Source: Patescibacteria group bacterium (GTDB lineage Bacteria; Patescibacteriota; UBA1384; XYA2-FULL-43-10). Taken from it: a stretch of 64,000 bases of DNA. The notes under the pieces were generated by a model. It was not told the DNA's origin. It did not search any database and worked only from the letters and a program-made list of their open reading frames with translations. The position numbers and the translations under genes were made by a program. Below, one piece after another: positions 1 through 7,018 of this stretch; positions within the stretch are counted from its first letter, which is position 1; each line of letters starts with the position of its first letter. The stretch covers positions 1,012 to 65,011 of the forward strand of contig JBAYVT010000001.1 in assembly GCA_041674405.1 (NCBI GenBank), in the 5' to 3' direction.

Positions 1-236
1 GCAATAAGGGCAGAGATAATCAGAAAAAACTACAATTTTCACCTTTGCGTCAACCGATCCTATGTGGGCGGCATCATCACGATAAATTAAAGATTCATCA
101 TTTTTTATGTCACTGCTTTGGGGGCTTTCGTCTGTACTTTCGGGACCTTTGCTCTTGTTTGGAAGTGCAAGAATCACTCCACCGGCGATCAAAATTATAA
201 TTATTATAAGAATTATCCAATTACCAGCATTTTTCA
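1..236 (-). CDS. DsbA-like thiol:disulfide oxidoreductase, N-terminal part (gene runs off the window start)
   Basis: Minus-strand translation from the ATG at 236 gives MKNAGNWIILIIIIILIAGGVILALPNKSKGPE...KVKIVVFSDYLCPYC. This is an N-terminal TM anchor followed by a thioredoxin-fold CPYC active-site motif. It is not in the ORF track because it is cut by the window edge. Confidence 0.5.
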
Positions 237-423
237 TCTTGCTCCTAAAAATTACTTTTGTAACCAAAAGTTTAACAAAAAATAGAATATACTTCAAACA
301 TATCTTTACTCTGTTTATTTCTCCTTAAAAAAAATTTCTTGTTTGTTTATATCAAAATATCAAAACGACCCAACTAAAATTCGCGCTGGATCATTTTGAA
401 GAGCTCAAAATATTAGAAAAGAG

Positions 424-582
424 CTACATCTCTTTATTCGAACCCGCACCCCAAAATCCTAGAATTGCAATAATGAGGCCGGTAATTACCAAAACCCATT
501 TGTTTGCTGCGCTGGACATGTTGAGATATGGTTCGATAATCACCCATATGCCCAGAATACCAATTACCCAAGCTTGCCACAT
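424..582 (-). CDS. Small 2-TM membrane protein (52 aa)
   Basis: ATG at 582 sits 7 nt after an aaaggagc SD. Translation is MWQAWVIGILGIWVIIEPYLNMSSAANKWVLVITGLIIAILGFWGAGSNKEM, two hydrophobic helices. It lies immediately downstream of the heliorhodopsin on the same strand. Confidence 0.35.
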   Translation of the reverse strand: MWQAWVIGILGIWVIIEPYLNMSSAANKWVLVITGLIIAILGFWGAGSNKEM

Positions 583-691
583 ATTAGCTCCTTTCCTAAA
601 TTATTCGACCTTTTCTCGATCTTATAACAAAGCTAGAGCTAATTCTTCAGTAGATTCTACAATGCACCAACGCTGGGTTATTGATACTTGC

Positions 692-1453
692 TTACGGGCG
701 CAGCGTTCCGGCGAAGACTTGCCAAGCAAGCAAAGATTTGGCGACTAAACTCAGTATTATGTATGCCCTTTCGCCATAAAGATAATCCGCCCACTTGCCA
801 ACTTTTTTGTATTGTAGAATTTGGTTTATCGCAAAGCTGTTGAAGAAAACAAAGATTGAAAAATAAATCCAGTAGACAAAATCTGGTGCTTTGTTCTCTC
901 CACCGCCGGCACCGAATAAATATATCGCGATAGCCGCCCAAGGAATGATTCCGGCGATACAGCCAAAAACAAACGAAGTCCAATTTGTCTTTTCTGTTGA
1001 CTGGTTATGAAGCTCCATCATCCAACCAAAAAGAATCATACTTGCATTGACACCGACAAAGGCAATTAAAGTTGCAATATCATAAATACCAACCAACATG
1101 GCGATAACGACGATCATCAAAGATGAAGAAATCGAGTATTCAATCCAACGGAAAAAGTTGATGTGCTTCGCTAAATTCTTATTGTAAATTGCATTCAAGC
1201 CCGGCAGAGTGATTAAAAGGTGAAAAAACGCCGAGAGAAACAAAAATGATGCAACCAAGGGGCCAATTTTCAGATCAGCCAAAGTTTCCGGCGTTGGCAC
1301 TAACTTTTTGACTGCGACATCAAATTTCAAAAATGATGCCGTAACCGGCAACGAGAACGTGCTCGAAACAATAAGCATCACAATGCCTTGTCCAAGATGC
1401 AGAAGAAACATAACAAGGTTGAATTTGCGCAGACCCTTAAGTTTTGCTTCCAT
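692..1453 (-). CDS. Heliorhodopsin (7-TM retinal protein, inverted topology family)
   Basis: 253 aa with 7 predicted TM helices. The last helix carries SxxxK (LSLVAKSLL), the heliorhodopsin Schiff-base lysine motif. Long matches to motifs I recall from heliorhodopsin 48C12: RWIEYSISSSLMIVVIA, GVNASMILFGW, FGCIAGIIPW, FFNSFA, LQYK, GERAYIILSLVAKSLLAWQVF. A GGAGG SD sits 5 nt upstream of the ATG. Confidence 0.8.
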   Translation of the reverse strand: MEAKLKGLRKFNLVMFLLHLGQGIVMLIVSSTFSLPVTASFLKFDVAVKKLVPTPETLADLKIGPLVASFLFLSAFFHLLITLPGLNAIYNKNLAKHINFFRWIEYSISSSLMIVVIAMLVGIYDIATLIAFVGVNASMILFGWMMELHNQSTEKTNWTSFVFGCIAGIIPWAAIAIYLFGAGGGENKAPDFVYWIYFSIFVFFNSFAINQILQYKKVGKWADYLYGERAYIILSLVAKSLLAWQVFAGTLRP

Positions 1454-1470
1454 ACAACCTCCCCATTATT

Positions 1471-2235
1471 TTATCTTTCAATTTCCTGGCGCTTAAATAT
1501 GAAAATCGAAATTATCATAAAAAGTATGATGATTGCGATTGTGGTGATCAACGACGGCAAATAATCATGTGGGGAAAGGCCGGTAAAAATGTCTTTGTAA
1601 TTTGTCATTATATTACCTGGCAAAATTTTTTTGATTTCCTTGATAAGAGAAAGAATTATTGTGATTACTATCTGAATGCCGAACGAAATAAATGCGGCAA
1701 CAATTTGATTGCTTGTAAATGCGCTGCATAGAATTGTGGTTGCTGTGATGAAAAGGAGATAAACAAAAAATATTGATGCAAGCAATGAGAAAAGAGCGAA
1801 TGAAAATGATCCAAAAATGACAATGGTGTAGGCGTAAAAAATAAGTGACGAAGCGATATAGATCACCGCAAGCACTGAATAAGCGGCAAAAAATTTAGAA
1901 AGAACAAACTTTGCCCTCGAGACCGGTTTGGTGAGAACAACTTCAAGAGTTTTTTTATTCTTTTCCTCGGCGATGATACCAGCAAAGACAAACACCAAAA
2001 CTAATAATGCGATTTGGCTTATATTTTTGACAAACTGATCGATGGAATCTCTCCATGTTGGCTCGGGCAATTGAATTGAAAGACCCGGAGTTTGTGGAAT
2101 ATTTTTTAAGAGCTCGGGCGTAATTTTAGCTAGTGCTGGTGAGGCAAAAGCAATGAAGAGAAACAAAATTACTAAAATTAGTAACTTCTTGGTTCTTATT
2201 ATTTCTAAAATTTCTTTTCCAAATAGTGCATTCAT
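1471..2235 (-). CDS. ABC-2 family transporter permease
   Basis: 254 aa, 6 TM segments, N-terminal cytoplasmic stretch. Start overlaps the stop of the upstream ABC ATPase (ATGA-type coupling). Typical ABC-2 exporter permease architecture. Confidence 0.7.
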   Translation of the reverse strand: MNALFGKEILEIIRTKKLLILVILFLFIAFASPALAKITPELLKNIPQTPGLSIQLPEPTWRDSIDQFVKNISQIALLVLVFVFAGIIAEEKNKKTLEVVLTKPVSRAKFVLSKFFAAYSVLAVIYIASSLIFYAYTIVIFGSFSFALFSLLASIFFVYLLFITATTILCSAFTSNQIVAAFISFGIQIVITIILSLIKEIKKILPGNIMTNYKDIFTGLSPHDYLPSLITTIAIIILFMIISIFIFKRQEIER

Positions 2236-3161
2236 TATTTCCCCTTTCTGACCAAATCAAGGAATAAATCTTCGATTTCTGGAAGTTTGATGCCATAAGA
2301 ATAAATACCGACCGACTCATCGGCAAAAAATTTAATCGGTAGATTTTTCCTTACATCATCTTCACTTCTTAGCCAAATTTTAGCAGACGTAGCATCAACT
2401 TCGACCCTGAGTGCCCACGGTACCTTTTTTAGCTTGGGAACGAGTTTAGCCGGATTTTCGGAAAATTCGACGTACAATATCAGCTTGGTGTATTTTTCTT
2501 TAAGTTCCGGTAAGGACGAGGCAGCAGCGATCTTGCCCTCATTTATAATTACGACATCGTCGCAGATTTTATCGACATCAGAGAGAATATGGGTGGATAG
2601 AAAAATCGTCTTATTGGCTGAAAGTGTTTGAATAACGTTCAAGACTTCTTTGCGTCCGATCGGGTCCAAGGCAGAAACCGGTTCGTCGAGGATCAAAATT
2701 TTCGGGTCATTAATAAGCGCTTGGGCAATGCCGAGGCGCTGTTTCATGCCGCCCGAGTATGCGCCAATACGTTTATTTTGGGCATTTTCAAGGTTGACGA
2801 GTTTTAAAACCTCGGTGATCTTGGTTTTCTGCTGCTTTTTAGAAATGTTGAATGTGTCAGCAATAAATGAAAGATATTCTTTTCCCTTCATCCAATTGTA
2901 AAATGCCGGAAGTTCTGGCAAGTAGCCGAAAAGATTATTTAGCCCAGAATTACCGAATTCAATTTTATTGTCATTTAGTGATATTTCGCCGGAGGTTGGC
3001 TTTGAAAGTCCGACGATCATCCGAAGCGTTGTCGTCTTTCCTGCCCCGTTCGGCCCGAGAAAACCGACAACACGGTTATTCTCAACATTAAATGAAATAT
3101 TATCGACAGCGGTGAAATTGCCAAATTTTTTTGTAAGATTTTTGACAGATATTACGCTCAT
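2235..3161 (-). CDS. ABC transporter ATP-binding protein
   Basis: Walker A GPNGAGKTT, Q-loop, ABC signature LSGGMKQRL, Walker B ILILDEP, H-loop LSTHIL. C-terminal about 90 aa extension typical of ABC-2 exporter ATPases. Confidence 0.9.
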   Translation of the reverse strand: MSVISVKNLTKKFGNFTAVDNISFNVENNRVVGFLGPNGAGKTTTLRMIVGLSKPTSGEISLNDNKIEFGNSGLNNLFGYLPELPAFYNWMKGKEYLSFIADTFNISKKQQKTKITEVLKLVNLENAQNKRIGAYSGGMKQRLGIAQALINDPKILILDEPVSALDPIGRKEVLNVIQTLSANKTIFLSTHILSDVDKICDDVVIINEGKIAAASSLPELKEKYTKLILYVEFSENPAKLVPKLKKVPWALRVEVDATSAKIWLRSEDDVRKNLPIKFFADESVGIYSYGIKLPEIEDLFLDLVRKGK

Positions 3162-3367
3162 TCTTCATCCGTTCTTCCGATCAATAGATATAGAATCGGG
3201 CCGATAATATTGATCAAGATAATTATCAAAAGCCAAGCGACGGGTGATAAGTTTTTTGTTTTCCATTTGCGAGCCAAGTCAACTACGGCGTAGACCATAA
3301 GCCCAAGCTCGATAATGGCTATTGGCAGCGCCAAAAGCAAAATTTGTGAAACATTTGTAGTATCCAT
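3158..3367 (-). CDS. PLDc_N-like small membrane protein (2 TM)
   Basis: 69 aa, two TM helices with a basic loop (DLARKWKTKNLSP) between them. Resembles small PLD-nuclease-N-terminal-domain proteins commonly encoded upstream of ABC-2 ATPases. Overlaps the ATPase start by 4 nt. Confidence 0.45.
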   Translation of the reverse strand: MDTTNVSQILLLALPIAIIELGLMVYAVVDLARKWKTKNLSPVAWLLIIILINIIGPILYLLIGRTDEE

Positions 3368-3404
3368 TTGACTCCTTGATTACAATGAAATCATATCAGA
3401 GCAA

Positions 3405-3842
3405 TTATGACTTAGTAAAGCCTGTAAATTGACCTAAAGCCAAAATGCAAAAGTCAAGATAATAAGTTAAAATCAATAAAGTTTTTCCTTCATTTTCCTT
3501 GGCACGGGACAGAAGGAGATGAGTAATTAGTTTCTTTGGAATTTTTTGGTTAAATTTTATCTGAATAGTTTTCTTGCCGGTGGCATAGCCCATAGTTTCT
3601 AATTCTTGGCGGGATTTATCATCGAGAACGAATGCTAAACCGAAAGCTATGTGATTTTTGAAAGTGGAGAAACCAGCTAAGAGACCATGATACTTATAAA
3701 ACGGCACTCCCCAGCTGATGGATTCTGAGGCATTGGGCACTGCGGATTTAATAACAGATCTAATTTCTCTCGAGATTGGCTGTGCTTCATCTGGAGTATT
3801 CTTGATGTATTCATCCACATTTTTTGCTTCATAATTTCTCAT
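3405..3842 (-). CDS. DUF1801 (YdhG-like) domain protein
   Basis: 145 aa. Pattern DEYIKNTPDEAQPISREIRSVIKSAVPNASESISWGVPFYKYHGLLAGFSTFKNHIAFG matches the YdhG/DUF1801 fold consensus from memory. Confidence 0.55.
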   Translation of the reverse strand: MRNYEAKNVDEYIKNTPDEAQPISREIRSVIKSAVPNASESISWGVPFYKYHGLLAGFSTFKNHIAFGLAFVLDDKSRQELETMGYATGKKTIQIKFNQKIPKKLITHLLLSRAKENEGKTLLILTYYLDFCILALGQFTGFTKS

Positions 3843-3931
3843 GTACCAATCCGATATTTGATTAATTATTAGCTCGAGAATATAATTATATTGTTTTTAT
3901 ATCAATGTAGATTTTCCTAAGGGAGGGAAAA

Positions 3932-5056
3932 ATGAGAAAGTTCTCAATTGCTATTGTGGCGGCGCTCATGCTGTCGTTATTTGGCTTTTCAGGTCCGGAG
4001 AAGGCAAAGGCCGACACAGTGATTGCACCGCCGTGTAATTTTTCCTCACAGACGCTTCTTGGAAGCAATTATCTGGCTCAGACTTTTGTGCCTGGTGTGG
4101 ATAATATTGATAATGTTGGAATTTTGGTCGGAAATTTCAGTGCTAGTTCGGTAAAATTTAATCTGATGCTGACTGGACCGAACGGACAAGTTCTTGCAAC
4201 ACGACCGACTTCGCTTTCCGGTAATTTCGCTTGGCCATATCGTTATATTGATCCTCAATTTTCGATTCCATCTACAAGGACTGGAACATATGTGATCTGG
4301 GTCTACCCATATACCGGATATGAAAATAATGAATTATATGTAAAAGGTTCTGCATTTAGTGATGAGAGCTGTTATCCGAACGGCGGAGCATATCAAAATA
4401 TTTTTACCAATTTACACCGTGATTTTAGCTTCGTAGTTTTTGGGCACAATAATGATGCTTCAGCTCCCGAAGTAGTTGAAGCACCAGCAGACCAACAACC
4501 GCCTGTCGATAATCAGTCTCTGCCAGCTGCTGACCAGCCGTCTGGAACATCTTCTGATACAGCAACGACAAACGCAACAGAAAAGTCGAGCAATTCACCA
4601 AAAGATTTGACTGCCAAATGGGACGAAAACGCAAACGCGGTAAACTTGTCATGGAGTGTGTCGTCACTTTCCGGGCTTAGCGGATATGAAATTTATAAAA
4701 CCAATTCGACCGAGAACACATTCTCCAAGCTTGGGACGACAACCAAAGACGTTCTTTCTTACCAGGACAAAGATGTCAAATACGGAGAGTCGTATTTGTA
4801 TTATGTTGTTGGGGTGGCGGGAACAGCTGTTTCTGATAGTTCCAACACAGTCTCGTTCCTTGTTGATGATCAAGGCATAAAGCCATCGACTCCGCTTCCC
4901 GGTGAACAAAATGAGAGTTTTTGGCAAAAGGTTGGAAATAATATCGTAAATAATCAAGTATATTTGCTTGGGGCATCAGCATTGCTCTTAACTCTTCTCC
5001 TTATTCTTGAGGTTATTGAACGAATCCGAAAACGATCTCAAAAGAATCGTCTCTAG
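3932..5056 (+). CDS. Secreted/cell-surface protein with fibronectin type III domain and C-terminal TM anchor
   Basis: N-terminal signal peptide (MRKFSIAIVAALMLSLFGFSGPEKAKA). Ser/Thr/Pro-rich linker. FN3-like segment (LTAKWDENANAVNLSWSV...YEIYKTNSTEN...YLYYVVGV). C-terminal hydrophobic helix plus basic tail (LLGASALLLTLLLILEVIERIRKRSQKNRL). GGGAGGGAAAA SD before the ATG. Confidence 0.6.
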   Translation: MRKFSIAIVAALMLSLFGFSGPEKAKADTVIAPPCNFSSQTLLGSNYLAQTFVPGVDNIDNVGILVGNFSASSVKFNLMLTGPNGQVLATRPTSLSGNFAWPYRYIDPQFSIPSTRTGTYVIWVYPYTGYENNELYVKGSAFSDESCYPNGGAYQNIFTNLHRDFSFVVFGHNNDASAPEVVEAPADQQPPVDNQSLPAADQPSGTSSDTATTNATEKSSNSPKDLTAKWDENANAVNLSWSVSSLSGLSGYEIYKTNSTENTFSKLGTTTKDVLSYQDKDVKYGESYLYYVVGVAGTAVSDSSNTVSFLVDDQGIKPSTPLPGEQNESFWQKVGNNIVNNQVYLLGASALLLTLLLILEVIERIRKRSQKNRL

Positions 5057-5071
5057 AAAATTAAGGTTGCT

Positions 5072-5111
5072 AAATTCAAAGATCCGCCTAGCTAGGCGGA
5101 TCTTTGAATTT
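5072..5111. terminator. Perfect 40-bp palindrome (aaattcaaagatccgcctag|ctaggcggatctttgaattt); likely bidirectional terminator or operator
   Basis: Read directly: 20+20 nt perfect inverted repeat immediately after the stop of the FN3 gene, followed by TTTG on the plus strand. Confidence 0.5.
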
Positions 5112-5137
5112 GTTGCCCGTTATATTTTGTATGTAGA

Positions 5138-5166
5138 TTGACACACGATCAATATTGTGTTATTAT
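5138..5166 (+). promoter_or_regulatory. Sigma70-like promoter TTGACA-N17-TATTAT
   Basis: Consensus -35 TTGACA (5138-5143), 17-nt spacer, -10 TATTAT (5161-5166). It sits directly in front of the high-GC island at 5170-5690. Confidence 0.45.
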
Positions 5167-5209
5167 TCGCCAGTGTCGGACTACTACTTCGCAGCCATGG
5201 AGGATTATC

Positions 5210-5635
5210 TTGAAACCCGAAGAAGTGAAAGCATTGGCAAGTTGTTTTGTCAATCGGTGTGAGCAAGCGTTCGTCGACAATCCGCAGGGCCCGCAACTGC
5301 GCGTGTTCGAAAGAGGTGGACGATGGTATGCGGGTGTGATCCTGCGTATTTGCCGAGATATCGACACCTCAGTTGTGCTTGTAGTGCTAAGTGAGCATTT
5401 GCAGCTTGAGGTAGTCGAGGAAATCAAGCGAATGCGCCCCGGGGTCGATGTCGTGACGATCGCAAGATCTGTGAGAGTCAGAGTGTCATCCTTTGTTGCG
5501 CGACTGGAATCCGGCGTATTGCTTTGCTTGACCGGAAGGCAAGCCGGTTTCCTCCAGTCGCTTCTCGTCACACTACCCGTGAGCGCAATTCCCCTCGCAC
5601 TCAGCCGCACAACCGAATCCGCAGCCGGCAACTAG
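5210..5635 (+). CDS. Hypothetical protein in high-GC island A (alternative reading: structured ncRNA)
   Basis: GGAGGA SD (5199-5204) is followed 5 nt later by a TTG start in frame with a 141-codon ORF ending at TAG 5633-5635. GC is about 57% against about 35% for the flanks. The antisense strand is also open, as expected at high GC. No family recognised. Confidence 0.35.
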   Translation: MKPEEVKALASCFVNRCEQAFVDNPQGPQLRVFERGGRWYAGVILRICRDIDTSVVLVVLSEHLQLEVVEEIKRMRPGVDVVTIARSVRVRVSSFVARLESGVLLCLTGRQAGFLQSLLVTLPVSAIPLALSRTTESAAGN

Positions 5636-5690
5636 CCGGTACTGAAGTACTGGGAGAGCACGGCTTCGCCGTGCTCCTTTCAGTTATTAG
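5634..5690 (+). terminator. Multi-hairpin terminator incl. 9-bp stem with UUCG tetraloop (gagcacggc-ttcg-gccgtgctc)
   Basis: Hairpins at 5634-5651 and 5656-5677 are followed by a T-rich tail ctttcagttattagatcgttttt. Confidence 0.45.
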
Positions 5691-5704
5691 ATCGTTTTTA
5701 AGAG

Positions 5705-5917
5705 TTACATATGCAAAAGTGTAAAAACCTTGTAAATCAGAAGCGCGGGCCAAACGATTGCTTTCAGAAAGCCTAAGACCCCCCACCAAAACGTATCTGC
5801 TTGCTGAATAAAATACACTGCAGCGCCGATGAATGCCAGTCCGTAAGCACCACCAAATATTCCATTGGCGCTTCCCTTGCCTTTACTAACCTTCAATTCA
5901 CATTTTTCTTTTGCCAT
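5705..5917 (-). CDS. Small membrane protein (70 aa, 2 TM)
   Basis: aagggagaa SD before the ATG. Translation MAKEKCELKVSKGKG...GLAFIGAAVYFIQQADTFWWGVLGFLKAIVWPALLIYKVF. Confidence 0.45.
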   Translation of the reverse strand: MAKEKCELKVSKGKGSANGIFGGAYGLAFIGAAVYFIQQADTFWWGVLGFLKAIVWPALLIYKVFTLLHM

Positions 5918-5977
5918 AATTCTCCCTTATTAATTATATTTAGAATATACATCACAAGTATTGGTGACGAAAATATT

Positions 5978-6160
5978 TTATTCTCCAATATCATCTTTCA
6001 ATTTCCTTATAGACATTGCTCGGATATCTTTGAGAGCAATCACTCGCCCATCTCCAAGGAGAACCTTACCGCTTTTATGGTCAGCAAATTTGCCTGTGGT
6101 AACCTCACCGGTCCGATACTTTATCCAGATAGTAGTACCTTTAGGGTAACTTGTATGCAT
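5978..6160 (-). CDS. Hypothetical small protein (about 60 aa)
   Basis: Internal ATG at 6160 overlaps the stop of the upstream gene by 4 nt (ATGA coupling). Translation MHTSYPKGTTIWIKYRTGEVTTGKFADHKSGKVLLGDGRVIALKDIRAMSIRKLKDDIGE. Confidence 0.3.
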   Translation of the reverse strand: MHTSYPKGTTIWIKYRTGEVTTGKFADHKSGKVLLGDGRVIALKDIRAMSIRKLKDDIGE

Positions 6161-6162
6161 AT

Positions 6163-6873
6163 TTAGGGCTTTTTTGGAGTTATTGTTGCCAAACAATCTT
6201 TTTGGTCAAATGTTCCTATTCCAATCTGGCGTACAGACATGCCTTGATCGTCATTTACATCATGGATTAGGCCCTCATTGGTTGCAATTGTGCGCAAGCT
6301 AGAAACAAGAATGATTGCATTTTCACGTTGCTCTGGTGGTATTTCAGCAGTAAGACCATTTTTGGCTTCGTAATAATCACTCATCCAGTAATACTCTGGT
6401 TTCGGCGATTCAGAGGGTTGTGTAACCCGAAAAAACAACACGAGATCAGGATTTATTTTTTCATCACCAAGCGCTTCGAGGTTAACTTGATATCCAGTCT
6501 CACTTTGCCTTACTTGTCCATCGTTATGAGGTGTTTCGGGTATAGTGACCTCTTTACCCAAGAAACCGCTTACATCTCCACCCCATCTTTTTTTACGCGC
6601 TTTATAAGCAAAATCTGAAAAAGCCATTGAATGAGCAATCAGTTCTGCCATTCTATTATCGGAAGATCTGATATTCTCGGGCAATGATTCGTAAAGGTCC
6701 GGATCTTCAAAATACTCCGCCACCATGGGGTTTATTATTATTCCTTGAGCTTTCAAAAAATCACAAATCTTTAATACCTGTTCTTCTGCTTTTTTCTCAC
6801 GATCAATAGGAGGCAATTCTGCGCTATTGAAAGGAGATTGTTCAACACTACCGTAGTCATTTGCTTTTCTCAT
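6163..6873 (-). CDS. Hypothetical protein (236 aa, soluble)
   Basis: Long ORF with AT-rich codon usage typical of the host. No family recognised. Confidence 0.5.
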   Translation of the reverse strand: MRKANDYGSVEQSPFNSAELPPIDREKKAEEQVLKICDFLKAQGIIINPMVAEYFEDPDLYESLPENIRSSDNRMAELIAHSMAFSDFAYKARKKRWGGDVSGFLGKEVTIPETPHNDGQVRQSETGYQVNLEALGDEKINPDLVLFFRVTQPSESPKPEYYWMSDYYEAKNGLTAEIPPEQRENAIILVSSLRTIATNEGLIHDVNDDQGMSVRQIGIGTFDQKDCLATITPKKP

Positions 6874-7018
6874 ACTATCCTTTTATTTGGCTATTAAGAC
6901 CATGCCGGTAATAATTAAACATATTGCTAAAAATTCCGTTCGCCAGGAATAAAAAAGTAATTCAGTTCACATTTATATTCTCATAATATGAAAAATAATT
7001 GAACTGGAATGCCTGAAT

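Noticed and set aside
107-328. 73-aa plus-strand ORF (poly-Ile)
   Set aside because: Antisense to the hand-identified DsbA-like gene. Poly-I is the mirror of the TM helix's codons.
5149-5631. 160-aa minus-strand ORF spanning island A
   Set aside because: Both strands are open because of high GC. The plus strand has the promoter, SD and terminator, and there are no expression signals on the minus strand.
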